From: Tubiluchus corallicola
Taxonomy: Eukaryota; Animalia; Priapulida
DNA: 64,000 nucleotides
NCBI GenBank assembly: GCA_030141605.1
Contig: JAQGDQ010000982.1
Location: forward strand, 1-64,000
Reading direction: 5' to 3'
Part shown: piece after piece, positions 13,929 through 42,700 of the stretch
How the letters are laid out: the number at the start of each line of letters is the position of its first letter
Numbering within the stretch: position 1 is the stretch's first letter
Position numbers and translations under genes: made by a program
Notes under the pieces: model-generated
The model's database searches: none
What the model was told of the DNA's origin: nothing
What the model saw: only the letters and a program-made list of their open reading frames with translations

Positions 13929-14705
13929 TGTAGTCTACACACTACAATGAATCATAAAGATCTTTCAGAACATTCAGACATGTCCTCAGGAAAAATATCA
14001 TAATTTTCAAGGTGTTTACTGTGTTAAGAAAATCCAGATTTCAAAGTCCAGTCACGACTCATGCCTGGACATATTTCCTAAGCTTTTAATCTTTGCAATT
14101 TTATTAGTACGTCATACTGAGGTGAATGTTGAAGACTTTTAGTTGACAATAAAATGCTGTATTGTTTTTCATTAATATGATCGCTATATGCACTCCAATC
14201 ACACCAATTGTCAATCTGAAACTCTTGGTTAGCAACTACGTGAAATTGAAAAAGTCATATTTATCATCAGTAGTGAAAGGCATTCTAAATGACATAACAG
14301 ACACTTGGGTAGAAAAAGCTCAATAAGCGAGTAACTCAATGCTTCGCGTTCTGAACTAGTTTACTGCTAAACATGCGAGAGTCTGAAGATCTAAATAAAA
14401 AAGCTGGAACAGGAAATTACATAGATACAAAAGATGTCTAGAGAGAAAGAAAGCTGTAGAATAAAACGTAAAATTTACCTACATTACAAGTTCAATATTT
14501 TGATAATTATTGATATCGATATAATAATGACGTGATAACAGCGAACTGTATTTGCGAACTGTATTTTAGTAATAAGTCAACCTGCAAAATTTATGAAAAG
14601 ACAAGAATTTTTAAACCAAATTTATACCACTATAGTATGTGCTTCGTGCCATTAATCCCGCTACTAAGTCTTAGCAATTACAAATGAAAGTGGTCCTGGG
14701 GAAGA

Positions 14706-14795
14706 AACAACAACAACAACAGTAGCAACAGCAACAACAACAACACCACCACCACCACCAACAACAACAACACTACAACAACAGCAACGGCAACA

Positions 14796-14827
<32 letters not shown>

Positions 14828-14842
14828 AGCAGCAGCACCACC

Positions 14843-14874
<32 letters not shown>

Positions 14875-14897
14875 CAACAACAGCAACGGCAACAGCC
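14706..14897 (+). repeat. (AAC/CAC/CAG)n compound microsatellite
   Basis: Direct reading; mirror at ~19835-20026. Confidence 0.95.
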
Positions 14898-15534
14898 AAC
14901 TCTATCAACAGTGTCAATGACGATGGCTATGATGAAGCTGGCTGCTGCAAAAAATTTGAGCAACTATGAAGAGGTCAAAACATAATTAGTCCAAAAGGCA
15001 AGCATGATAGTAAAGACGATGATAATGATGATACTTGATTGTGCCTCTTTATTTTTCTTACTCCTATACAACTTGTTGTTATGAATGACCAGCGTCCTTG
15101 GCATGTTACAGAGCAGTAACCTTTAGAAATAACTTACTCAAGTCACACATTCAGTTTTTACACCACAAGAGATAAAGAAGTTTGCCTGAGGAAACTTTAT
15201 TGTTTGCCGAACCGACTGACAGTAAAAAATGCAATGAAATTTCTTTACAACATCCAGGAATTTTAAACCCTGCGATAAAATATTAACTTGCCTAATAGCT
15301 TTCCGAGATTGAATGACAACAAGAAAAATGTCCCAAATGAGCAAACGAGTAGAATTATGAAATGCTTTTATTGAAAAACGATTTTAATACTGGAGTTATT
15401 ACTAAAATACAGTCGCTGTTATCATTAAATTTTCATTGTTATATAGATATCAATCATAATCAAGTTATTGAACTTGTAATGTTTGTAAATTTTATGTTTT
15501 ATTTTATAGTTTGCTGCCTCTATAGCCATAATTT

Positions 15535-15820
15535 AGTCAGTCAGTCAGTCAGTCAGTCAGTCAGTCAGTCAGTCAGTCAGTCAGTCAGTCAGTCAGTCAG
15601 TCAGTCAGTCAGTCAGTCAGTCAGTCAGTCAGTCAGTCAGTCAGTCAGTCAGTCAGTCAGTCAGTCAGTCAGTCAATTAATCAGTCAATTAGTCAGTCAG
15701 TAAGTCAGTCGGTCGGTCAGTCGGTTGGTCGGTCAGTCGGTCGGTCGATCAGTCAGTCGGTTGGTCGGTCAGTCGGTCGGTCGATCAGTCAGTCAGTCAG
15801 TCAGTTAGTTAGTCAGTCGG
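15535..15820 (+). repeat. (AGTC)n tetranucleotide microsatellite at the inner end of the left arm
   Basis: Pure AGTC run to ~15674, then degenerate; mirror (CTGA)n at 19089-19196. Confidence 0.95.
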
Positions 15821-15995
15821 AAAAAAAGAAAGGAGAGAAGAGAACGAAATGGAAAAGAAGAGAAGAGAAGAGAAGAGAAGAGGATAGAAGAGAAGAGAAG
15901 AGAAAAGAAGAGAACAGGAGAGAAGAGAGAAAAAAGAGATGAGAAAAGAAATGGAAAGGGAAAGTAGGAATAAAGGAAAAAAACGAAAGACAGAA
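15821..15995 (+). repeat. Polypurine (AGAAG)n-like tract
   Basis: Almost entirely A/G. Confidence 0.85.
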
Positions 15996-16248
15996 ATTGT
16001 TTTATCTAAAATAAAGACTTTGTATGCTGTATTATCTTTATGGAATGTAGAAAAAGCCCTAAGAGTTTTTAAGATGTTAGCATTTTAATAGCTACCAGTT
16101 TTATCTGAAGGTCGTTCATTGCCTTGCCTTTGTCGGCAACAATAAAATCATAAATCTTGTCAACTGAAATCAGGGGAAAATTGATTCTATATTATTTATG
16201 ATGCTCAGTGTTCTAATCTAAAATGATAAAAAAGGTTACTGGCCAAAG

Positions 16249-16375
16249 TTGTGGTGACGTGCCCAATTTGTTCACGCAGGTTTGTGGTGACGTGTTCAGG
16301 TGTTTTCACAGACTTGTGATGACGTGCCTAGGGGCTTCGCGCAGGTTTGTGATGTCGTGCTCAGGTGTTTGTGCA
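16249..16375 (+). repeat. Degenerate ~32-33-bp minisatellite, 4 units
   Basis: Units start TTGTG(G/A)TG(A/T)CGTG; three contain TGACGT. Confidence 0.75.
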
Positions 16376-17509
16376 AAATAATGTTTTAAAGCACAAGAAA
16401 ACCCTCCAATTACATAAAGCTTAAAATATTAGTCTTGAAATCTTATATCACTTAGTTACATGACTTGCATCGACAGGAACGCTGTATAAAACTTGTAAAT
16501 TTAAACTCCCGCGATGACCGTTTACGCAGCCATTTTGACGATAAGTCATTTGAAACAAGTTTAGATAACATTCTGTAAAGTTTGAAAAAATAATCAGAGC
16601 ATTCGTAGCGCACACATCACTAACTGAGTAAAATTTAAAAATTTAAAATTACTGCATCTTGTCAATAAGATTAAAAATATTTTTATGGTTAGTGAGTGGT
16701 GCACCCTGGGGGGTGAGTCAGTGACATTTTACGAATAGATAAAAGCATTTTAAATAATTAATAATTTTCTTTTCAAGTTAAATAAGTCTTTCAAGCAGGT
16801 AAGCGAAATACTAAGTAACATAACTTTGCATGGCAAGTTTTTGGGACATAGATTAAAATTTCGTTTTCTTCGAAAGAATTAAGTAACTCGACAGCGAATG
16901 GCGCACTCTGAACAGTGTTGCTTGAAATTTAAAATGAAAACAAACAAATTTTCCTTTCGGCGCGAGTACGATATATGCATAAAATTGCTATAAAGCAATA
17001 TAATTTTTCAAGGCGATTTTTCTAAAACCAACTTCAGGTACTTTTTTCTTGTCCTTTAACAATTCTCAAAATGTGGGAAAAGCTATTCTTGTGTGTTTTC
17101 CACTAATGCCTAGCATGACTAACGAAAAAAACAAATCTGAAACTTAATTTACTGTAATATGAATCACTAAACTTAGCTATCTTAAGTACTTTAAGATAAA
17201 TTTAGGCACATTCTCCTTTAACGAGGTAGCTGTGGGCATGAAGTTTGGAAAGCAAATTCGCCGAGCCCGCTAATAATTAACTTTGACCAGTAGGCACACA
17301 ACTCTTAGATGTTTTGCTCACCCCAAATCTGGTATGCTTGCAAGTGCATTTACCACACAACTGTTTTTAAAAAAGCAAGCGCATTTTTTTATTTATATAT
17401 TTCAATTATATTTTTCAATTTATTTATTTCAATTATATTTAACTTGTTTGTTAAATATAGATTACGCATTGGTCAATGGTTTGTATGATCATTGCATGAC
17501 CTCAATAAG

Positions 17510-19088
17510 AACAATATTAACACAAATGCTTCAGAGTTCTAAACTGTTAAAACAAAACAAATAACTATCACAGAGCCATAAGCTGTCTAATATTCCATTA
17601 TTTTCAGTCAATGAAAGGAGGCTTTGAAATTGGAAACTTTGAAACACCATCTCTACTTATGCAACGGCAAAATGATAGACTGCAAAATTATTATGTGACG
17701 AAATGGTTCACTGCTGAAATGATATCTGGCAGAACGATGCCATGGCAAAGTGCAAACTTTCATGATAAGCTAAATGCCTAATAGATGTACAGACTATAGC
17801 TGTTGAGGATAATAATCTATGTTAACCAATTTAATAACAACTGGGAAATAAAATCAACAAAAAATAAAGCTTGCGCATCAGAAAGTCAAGCTTAAAAAAT
17901 TATGTGGAATGAGTTATGAGACAAAATTAATTAATAGACAAATTAATAGAGATTATAATTGGTTAAAATATATGCATGGCTAATGGCTGATGAACTCACA
18001 TACATCCATTGCAAGCATGGATTATCAGGCTTTGACACATCTGACATTTTCTTTTGACAACAGCTCGAATTGAAGTGAAATAAGAAAGTCAAGCACTTTA
18101 TAGTAGTGTCAATATAAGGGAAAAATAGCCTTAATCCTAAAAGATTACAAGAAAACGCTTTTGTGTTATCTAGTAATATTTGTCCAGAAAATATCATACA
18201 CAAATTAGGCCGAAATTTGATCACTGCAAAGGGTCCAATTATGACGTCAAAAAAGATGGCTGCTTTTTGACTAAAATGACCATTCCGTTATTTTGTGCAA
18301 ACTTTGCAGCCTTCTTAGGCGCCATCTTAGAATAAAGTGATATTATAGGGGCATTTAAGCATCAGATGTGGATTCCTTGACCTTGAGAACCTATATTTAG
18401 ACCCCATATTTAGACCTTAAGAACCTATATTATCATGTATGTTCTGACAGCCAAAATATAGCCCTTATAAGCTAGCAGCAGACATATTGCCAGCCATCTC
18501 GACACTTGCAGCCATACTGAAAAAATCAATTGACTCAATAATCAAAATTAATTACCTTAATGAGCTCTGGCACTGTGCAAAAATTTCATGCTTTTGAATC
18601 AATGTGAGCATTTTTTCACCGTCTTGGTGGACTAAATCCTACCTATTAATTTTGGAATTAATATGGTGGCATATTTTTAGTGTCACAATTAATCCCTTTA
18701 CAGTGCATAAAATTTAGGTCTAATTTGATCTAATACCAAAAAAAACGTTTTCTTGCATTTTTAGGGGTAATTCAGCAAATTGACCTTACCGTAAGAAAAC
18801 GCAAAAGAATGCTGCATTGGCATTTTATTCACATCGGCGCTCAGTTAATATCCAATTCACTGCTTCACAAATATTTCACAAAAACTTTGAATACTCATAT
18901 TCAAAAATTCACATATTGCACATTAGAAATAAGAAATTCCGAAAATATTAACACAACAAAAGTATAGTGAAATGCTAACATTCAAAACATTTTGCCAACA
19001 AAATCACCTCTCGAGATATTTGCACAAAATGTGGTGAGAAACTCCCAAAAATGTAGACATTTACAAAAACAATTTTGCAAAACCTGAC
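17510..19088 (+). repeat. Direct copy of 2011-3654 inside the palindrome spacer
   Basis: Colinear match with scattered substitutions and a deletion near 18890. It fuses to (CTGA)n through the shared CTGACT. Confidence 0.9.
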
Positions 19089-33207
<14,119 letters not shown>

Positions 33208-33460
33208 CAAGCCTTCGTTTTGAGTTATCAATTAAAATATGAGTCATTGTGATGTAAACAATAACGCGTTAAACATGAAATTTTCTGAATGCGTTTGTAT
33301 TTCTGTTGTGTAAAATATTTATCACAAATTTCTAGCTAAACAAAAACTGTCTTGCCATTTTAGCGTCATTCAAGTTCTGTGCTTGTAAAGGAGATCAAAT
33401 GGTGCGAACTTGCCACTCTCATCTGTTACAGTTTCAAAAGTCCCATTTCCAACTTCAGAA

Positions 33461-33783
33461 ACTCATACTCAGTGCAAAGATTACACTGAACAATGTAAAG
33501 TCAACACTCGTACTCAATGCAAAGAGCACACTGAACAATGTATAGTCAACACTCATACTCAATGCAAAGTTCACACTGAACAATGTATAGTCAACACTCA
33601 TACTCAATGCAAAGTTCACACTGAACAATGTATAGTCAACACTCATACTCAATGCAAAGATCACACTGAACAATGTATAGTCAACACTCATACTCAATGC
33701 AAAGTTCACACTGAACAATGTATAGTCAACACTCATACTCAGTGCAAAGATCACACTGAACAATGTATAGTCAACACTCACAC
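33461..33783 (+). repeat. 45-bp minisatellite, about 7 copies
   Basis: Unit ACTCATACTCAATGCAAAGTTCACACTGAACAATGTATAGTCAAC at 33461, 33506, 33551, 33596, 33641, 33686 and 33731. Confidence 0.95.
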
Positions 33784-36700
33784 TAATTTTTAATAAAATA
33801 TTTTGCAGTTCACTTGCAACTTAATATCAATCAGTCATATCAAACTAAATTAAAATATAGTAGTAGTTGTTTGTCCCAATATTTTATTGTTAAGTTGTTT
33901 GAGTTGCCGTTTTTCTGTTTCAGATTTTAGAAGTTGCTGATGAGGGAAAAAACTTGCTGTTTTCAGAGCTTGAGGGTAAATTTCGTGCATATAATATAAT
34001 AATTTTTGATATCTCACCTCTTTCGTTTGTCAATTATTATAAGGACCAGAAGAAACTTTCGATAAGCTTTCCTTGAATTTCTACCTTCTGGTACCTCTGT
34101 ATCTATAAATCTTATTATGAATTCCCTATTCCTTTCTAACCGCTCCATCTTCATTTCACCATGCAGCCAAAACTATCAGTTTCCGCACCAATGTTAATTA
34201 GATGTTATTAGATGTTGTAAACATGGTGTCTTTCTAAATTGTGTCATTGCATAGGTACCACCTTTGTCATTTTAAAGCAAATATAGAAAAGCTGTTACTA
34301 CATGTATCTGCAAATGAAATAGACAGTAAGTCCATACTTTTGTAGAGAATGAGCACAGAATACGTACAGAATGAGTTATTACATGTAATCAACTGTTATA
34401 CATGTTTTTATAAGTTAATTTTTAATAAAATATTTTGCACTTCACTTACAACTTAACATGAATCAGTCATATCAAACTAAATTAAAATATAGTAGTAGTT
34501 GTTTGTCCCAATATTTTATTGTTAAGATGTTTGAGTTGCCGTTTTTCTGTTTCAGATTTTAGAAGTTGCTGATGAGGGAAAAAACTTGCTGTTTTCTAGT
34601 GTCAAGTCAGTTGCCTATTTCTTCTGTTTCGTCAATGGCAGTTGTTAGCAGGTGCTACATGCATAAAGCTTACATAGGCTTACTATTACTTGAGAAGAAC
34701 AGTATTTGTTCCAAACATTTAGGTAAAGATCACAACTTGTTTCCTAGTCTAAAATGAAGTACAGTGCAATGTTAATAATAATGTTTCCTGTATGTCAAAT
34801 CACAGAGGCAGCGCAAACGTCTTTTCCTTTGCTTATCACCTCTTTGAGTGAATGTGCTCTGCCCTGTGCCTCACCTCTTTCTTTACCAAAGGAAGTATTC
34901 AAAAATTATGTAAATGATTTCTCTAATTATGGCGCTTCGTGGTTCAAATTTAGAAAGCATAAGCTAATATGCTTTGTCACGTTCGCACAACATGTGCTTC
35001 TGTAAAGGTAGAGCAAAGGCATATAAAAAAATGTTGCGTGTTAAAAATGGTTGCAACGAAGAAACACAAAAGAAGCTATTACCAAATATTTCAAGAATTA
35101 AGAGCAGACACGACCAAATGATTTTTTAAATTACAAGCAAATGACACCAACAATGTTTAGCGACCTGCTAGATAAAATGAAAATTTCACCTGTCATACAA
35201 AAGAGTAATACCTACGTCAGAGCTTGAGGGTAAATTTCGTGCATATAATATAATAATTTTTGATATCCCAGCTCTTTGGTTTGTCAATTAATATAAGGAC
35301 CAAAAGAAACTTTCGATAAGCTTTCCGTGAATTTCTACCTTCTGGTACCTCTGTATCTATAAATCTTATTATGAATTCCCTATTCCTTTCTAGGCGCTCT
35401 GTCTTCATTTCACCATGCAGCCACAAACATCAGTTTCCACACCAATGTTAATTAGTTTTTACTAGATGTTGTAAAAATGGTGTCTTTTTTAGTTGTGTCA
35501 TTGCATAGGTACCACCTTTGTCATTTTAACGCAAATATAGAAAAGCTGTTACTACATGTATCTACAAATGAAATAGACAGTAAGTCCATACTTTTGCAGA
35601 GAATGAGCACAGAATACGTACAGAATGAGTTATTACATGTAATTAACTGTTATACATGTTTTTATGAGTTGTTGTTAATTTTGCTAAACAATTGTTAAGT
35701 TAATTTTTAATAAAATATTTTGCAGTTCACTTGCAACTTAATATGAATCAGTCATATCAAACTAAATTAAAATATAGTAGTAGTTGTTTGTCCCAATATT
35801 TTATTGTTAAGATGTTTGAGTTGCCGTTTTTCTGTTTCAGATTATAGAAGTTGCTGATGAGGGAAGAAACTTGCTGTTTTCTAGCGTCAAGTCAGTTGCC
35901 TATTTCTTCTGTTTCGTCAATGGCAGTTGTTAGCAGGTGCTACATGCATAAAGCTTACATAGGCTTACTATTACTTGAGAAGAACAGTATTTGTTCCAAA
36001 CATTTAGGTAAAGATCACAACTTGTTTCCTAGTCTAAAATGAAGCACAGTGCAATGTTAATAATAATGTTTCCTGTATGTCAAATCACAGAGGCAGCGCA
36101 AACGTCTTTTCCTTTGCTTATCACCTCTTTGAGTGAATGTGCTCTGCCCTGTGCCTCACCTCTTTCTTTACCAAAGGAAGTATTCAAAAATTATGTAAAT
36201 GATTTCTCTACTTATGGCGCTTCGTGGTTCAAATTTAGAAAGCATAAGCTAATATGCTTTGTCACGTTCGCACAACATGTGCTTCTGTAAAGGTAGAGCA
36301 AAGGCATATAAAAAAATGTTGCGTGTTAAAAATGGTTGCAACGAAGAAACACAAAGGAAGCTATTACCAAATATTTCAAGAATTAAGAGCAGACACGACC
36401 AAATGATTTTTAAATTGCAAGCAAATGGCACCAACAATGTTTAGTGACCTGCTAGATAAAATAAAATTTCACCTGTCATACAAAAGAGTAATACCTACGT
36501 CAGAGCTTGAGGGTAAATTTCGTGCATATAATATAATAATTTTTGATATCTCACCTCTTTGGTTTGTCAATTATTATAAGGACCAGAAGAAACTTTCGAT
36601 AAGCTTTCCTTGAATTTCTACCTTCTGGTACCTCTGTATCTATAAATCTTATTATGAATTCCCTATTCCTTTCTAGGCGCTCTGTCTTCATTTCACCATG

Positions 36701-39700
36701 CAGCCACAAACATCAGTTTCCACACCAATGTTAATTAGTTGTTACTAGATGTTGTAAAAATGGTGTCTTTTTTAATTGTGTCATTGCATAGGTACCACCT
36801 TTGTCATTTTAAAGCAAATATAGAAAAGCTGTTACTACATGTATCTACAAATGAAATAGACATTAAGTCCATACTTTTGCAGAGAATGAGCACAGAATAC
36901 GTACAGAATGAGTTATTACATTTAATTAACTGTTATACATGTTTTTATGAGTTTTTGTTAATTTTGCTAAACAATTGTTAAGTAAATTTTTAATAAAATA
37001 TTTTGCAGTTGACTTGCAATTTAATATGAATCAGTCATATCAAACCAAATTAAAATATAGTAGTAGTTGTTTGTCCCAATATTTTATTGTTAAATTGTTT
37101 GAGTTGTCGTTTTTCTGTTTCAGATTATAGAAGTTGCTGATGAGGGAAGAAACTTGCTGTTTTCGAGTGTCAAGTCAGTTGCATATTTCTTCTGTTTGGT
37201 CAATGGCAGTTGTTACCAGGTGCTACATGCATAAAGCTTACATAGGCTTACTATTACTTGAGAAGAACAGTATTTGTTCCAAACATTTAGGTAAAGATCA
37301 CAACTTGTTTCCTAGTCTAAAATGAAGTACAGTGCAATGTTAATAATAATGTTTCCTGTATGTCAAATCACAGAGGCAGCGCAAACGTCTTTTCCTTTGC
37401 TTATCACCTCTTTGAGTGAATGTGCTCTGCCCTGTGCCTCACCTCTTTCTTTACCAAAGGAAGTATTCAAAAATTATGTAAATGATTTCTCTACTTATGG
37501 CGCTTCGTGGTTCAAATTTAGAAAGCATAAGCTAATATGCTTTGTCACGTTCGCACAACATGTGCTTCTGTAAAGGTAGGGCAAAGGCATATAAAAAAAT
37601 GTTGCGTGTTAAAAATGGTTGCAACGAAGAAACACAAAGGAAGCTATTACCAAATATTTCAAGAATTAAGAGCAGACACGACCAAATGATTTTTTAAATT
37701 GCAAGCAAATGACACCAACAATGTTTAGTGACCTGCTAGATAAAATAAAATTTCACCTGTCATACAAAAGAGTAATACCTACGTCAGAGCTTGAGGGTAA
37801 ATTTCGTGCATATAATATAATAATTTTTGATATCTCACCTCTTTGGTTTGTCAATTATTATAAGGACCAGAAGAAACTTTCGATAAGCTTTCCTTGAATT
37901 TCTACCTTCTGGTACCTCTGTATCTATAAATCTTATTATGAATTCCCTATTCCTTTCTAGGTGCTCTGTCTTCATTTCACCATGCAGCCACAAACATCAG
38001 TTTCCACACCAATGTTAATTAGTTGTTACTAGATGTTGTAAAAATGGTGTCTTTTTTAATTGTGTCATTGCATAGGTACCACCTTTGTCATTTTAAAGCA
38101 AATATAGAAAAGCTGTTACTACATGTATCTACAAATGAAATAGACATTAAGTCCATACTTTTGTAGAGAATGAGCACAGAATACGTACAGAATGAGTTAT
38201 TACATTTAATTAACTGTTATACATGTTTTTATGAGTTTTTGTTAATTTTGCTAAACAATTGTTAAGTTAATTTTTAATAAAATATTTTGCAGTTCACTTG
38301 CAACTTAATATGAATCAGTCATATCAAACTAAATTAAAATATAGTAGTAGTTGTTTGTCCCAATATTTTATTGTTAAGATGTTTGAGTTGCCGTTTTTCT
38401 GTTTCAGATTATAGAAGTTGCTGATGAGGGAAGAAACTTGCTGTTTTCTAGCGTCAAGTCAGTTGCCTATTTCTTCTGTTTGGTCAATGGCAGTTGTTAC
38501 CAGGTGCTACATGCATAAAGCTTACATAGGCTTACTATTACTTGAGAAGAACAGTAATTGTTCCAAACATTTAGGTAAAGATCACATCTTGTTTCCTAGT
38601 CTAAAATGAAGTACAGTACCATGTTAATAATGATGTTTCCTGTATGTCAAGTCACAGAGGCAGCGCAAACGTCTTTTTCTTTACTTATCACCTCTTTGAG
38701 TGAATGTGTTCTGCCCTGTGCCTCACCTCTTTCTTTACCAAAGGAAGTATTCAAAAATTAGGTAAATGATTTCTCTAGTTATGGCGCTTCGTGGTTCAAA
38801 ATTTAGAAAGCATAAGCTAATATGCTTTGTCACGTTCGCACAACATGTGCTTCTGTAAAGGTAGAGCAAAGGCATAGAAAAAAATGTTGCGTGTTAAAAA
38901 TGGTTGCAACGAAGAAACACAAAAGGAAGCTATTACCAAATATTTCAAGAATTAAGAGCAGACACGACCAAATGATTTTTTTAAATTACAAGCAAATGAC
39001 ACCAACAATGTTTAGCGACCTGCTAGATAAAATGAAAATTTCACCTGTCATACAAAAGAGTAATACCAATGTCAGAGCTTGAGGGTAAATTTCGTGCATA
39101 TAATATAATAATTTTTGATATCCCACCTCTTTGGTTTGTCAATTATTATAAGGACCAGCAGAAACTTTCGATCAGATTTTTTTGAATTTCTACCTTCTGG
39201 TACCTGTGTATCTATAAATCTTATTATGAATTCCCTATTCCTTTCTAGGCGCTCTGTCTTCATTTCACCATGCAGCCACAAACATCAGTTTCTGCACCAA
39301 TGTTAATTAGTTGTTATTAGATGTTGTAAACATGGTGTCTTTTTAATTGTGTCATTGCATAGGTACCACCTTTGTCATTTTAAAGCAAATATAGAAAAGC
39401 TGTTACTACATGTATCTACAAATGAAATAGACAGTAAGTCCATACTTTTGTAGAGAATGAGCACAAGATACGTACAGAATGAGTTATTACATGTAATGAA
39501 CTGTTATACATGTTTTTATGAGTTGTTGTTAATTTTGCTAAACAATTGTTAAGTTAATTTTTAATAAAATATTTTGCACTTCACTTACAACTTAATATGA
39601 ATCAGTCATATCAAACTAAATTAAAATATAGTAGTAGTTGTTTGTCCCAATATTTTATTGTTAAGATGTTTGAGTTGCCGTTTTTCTGTTTCAGATTATA

Positions 39701-42700
39701 GAAGTTGCTGATGAGGGAAAAAACTTGCTGTTTTCTAGTGTCAAGTCAGTTGCCTATTTCTTCTGTTTCGTCAATGGCAGTTGTTAGCAGGTGCTACATG
39801 CATAAAGCTTACATAGGCTTACTATTACTTGAGAAGAACAGTATTTGTTCCAAACATTTAAGTAGAAATCACAACTTGTATCCTAGTCTAATATGAAGAA
39901 TAGAACAATGTTAATAATAATGTTTCCTGTGTGTCAAATCACACAGGCAGCGCAAACGTCTTTTTCTTTACTTATCACTTCTTTGAGTGAATGTGTTCTG
40001 CCCTGTGCCTCACCTCTTTCTCTACCAAAGGAAGTATTCAAAAATTAGGTAAATGATTTCTCTACTTATGGCGCTTCGTGGTTCAAAATTTAGAAAGCAT
40101 AAGCTAATATGCTTTGTCATGTTCGCACAACGTGTGCTTCTGTAAAGGTAGAGCAAAGGCATAGAATAAAATGTTGCGTGTTAAAAATGGTTGCAACGCT
40201 GAAACACAAAAGGAAGCTATTACCAAATATTTCAAGAATTAAGAGCAGACACGACCAAATGATTTTTTAAATTACAAGCAAATGACACCAACAATGTTTA
40301 GTGACCTGCTAGATAAAATGAAAATTTCACCTGTCATACAAAAGAGTAATACCTACGTCAGAGCTTGAGGGTAAATTTCGTGCATATAATATAATAATTT
40401 TTGATATCTCACCTCTTTGGTTTGTCAATTATTATAAGGACCAGAAGAAACTTTCGATAAGCTTTCCTTGAATTTCTACCTTCTGGTACCTCTGTATCTA
40501 TAAATCTTATTATGAATTCCCTATTCCTTTCTAGGCGCTCTGTCTTCATTTCACCATGCAGCCACAAACATCAGTTTCTGCACCAATGTTAATTAGTTGT
40601 TACTAGATGTTGTAAAAATGGTGTCTTTTTTATTTGTGTCATTGCATAGGTACCACCTTTAAGCAAATATAGAAAAGCTATTACTACATGTTTCTACAAA
40701 TGAAATAGACAGTAAGTCCATACTTTTGTAGAGAATGAGCACAGAATACGTACAGAATGAGTTATTACATGTAATTAACTGTTATACATGTTTTTATGAG
40801 TTGTTGTTAATTTTGCTAAACAATTGTTAAGTTAATTTTTAATAAAATATTTTGCAGTTCACTTGCAACTTAATATGAATCAGTCATATCAAACTAAATT
40901 AAAATATAGTAGTAGTTGTTTGTCCCAATATTTTATTGTTAAGATGTTTGAGTTGCCGTTTTTCTGTTTCAGATTTTAGAATTTGCTGATGAGGGAAAAA
41001 ACTTGCAGTTTTCTAGTGTCAAGTCAGTTGCCTATTTCTTCTGTTTCGTCAATGGCAGTTGTTAGCAGGTGCTACATGCAAAAAAGCTCACATAGGCTTA
41101 CTATTACTTGAGAAGAACAGTATTTGTTCCAAACACTTACGTAAAGATCACAAGTTGTTTCCTAGTCTAAAATGAAGTAAAGTACAATGTTAATAATAAT
41201 GTTTCCTGTGTGTCAAATCACAGAGGCGGCGCAAACGTCTTTTTCGTTTATTTATCACCTCTTTGAGTGAATGTGTTCTGCCCTGTGCTTCACCTCTTTC
41301 TTTACCAAATGAAGTATTCAAAAATTAGGTAAATGATTTCTCTAGTTATTCTCTAGTTATGGCTCTTCGTGGTTCAAAATTTAGAAAGCATAAGCTAATA
41401 TGCTTTGTCACGTTTGCACAACGTGTGCTTCTGTAAAGGTAGAGCGAAGGCATAGAAAAAATGTTGCGTGTTAAAAATGGTTGCAACGAAGAAACACAAA
41501 AGGAAGCTATTACCAAATATTTCAAGAATTAAGAGCAGACACGACCAAATGATTTTTTTAAATTACAAGCAAATGACACCAACAATGTTTAGCGACCTGC
41601 TAGATAAAATGAAAATTTCACCTGTCATACAAAAGAGTAATACCAACGTCAGTGCTAGAGGGTAAATTTCGTGCATATAATATAATAATTTTTGATATCC
41701 CACCTCTTTGGTTTGTCAATTATTATAAGAACCAGAAGAAACTTTCTATAATCTTTCTATGAATTTCTACCTTCTGGTACTTGTGTATCTATAAATCTTA
41801 TTATGAATTCCCTATTCCTTTCTAGGCACTCTGTCTTCATTTCACCATGCAGCCACAAACATCAGTTTCTGCACCAATGTTAATTAGTTGTTACTAGATG
41901 TTGTAAAAATGGTGTCTCTTTTATTTGTGTCATTGCATAGGTACCACCTTTGTCATTTTAAAGCAAATATAGAAAAGCTGTTACTACATGTATCTACAAA
42001 TGAAATAGACAGTAAGTCCATACTTTTGTAGAGAATGAGCACAAAATACGTACAGAATGAGTTATTATATGTAATGAACTGTTATTCCTTTTTTTGTGAG
42101 TTGTTGTTAATTTTGCTAAACAATTGTTAAGTTAATTTTTAATAAAATATTTTGCACTTCACTTACAACTTAATATGAATCAGTCATATCAAACTAAATT
42201 AAAATATAGTAGTAGTTGTTTGTCCCAATATTTTATTGTTAAGATGTTTGAGTTGAAGTTTTTCTGTTTCAGATAATAGAAGTTGCTGATGAGGGAAAAA
42301 ACTTGCTGTTTTCTAGAGTCAAGTCAGTTGCCTATTTCTTCTGTTTCGTCAATGGCAGTTGTTAGCAGGTGCTACATGCATAAAGCTTACATAGGCTTAC
42401 TATTACTTGAGAAGAACAGTATTTGTTCCAAACATTTAGGTAAAGATCACATCTTGTTTCCTAGTCTAAAATGAAGTACAGTACCATGTTAATAATGATG
42501 TTTCCTGTATGTCAAATCACAGAGGCAGCGCAAACGTCTTTTCCTTTACTTATCACCTCTTTGAGTGAATGTGTTCTGCCCTGTGCCTCACCTCTTTCTC
42601 TACCAAATTAAGTATTCAAAAATTAGGTAAATGATTTCTCTAGTTATGGCGCTTCGTGGTTCAAAATTTAGAAAGCAAAAGCTAATATGCTTTGTCACGT

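Noticed and set aside
33461-33783. Possible CRISPR array or metal-binding repeat protein
   Set aside because: The units are contiguous with no unique spacers, there are no cas genes, and the context is eukaryotic. The ORF is explained by a stop-free 45-bp unit.
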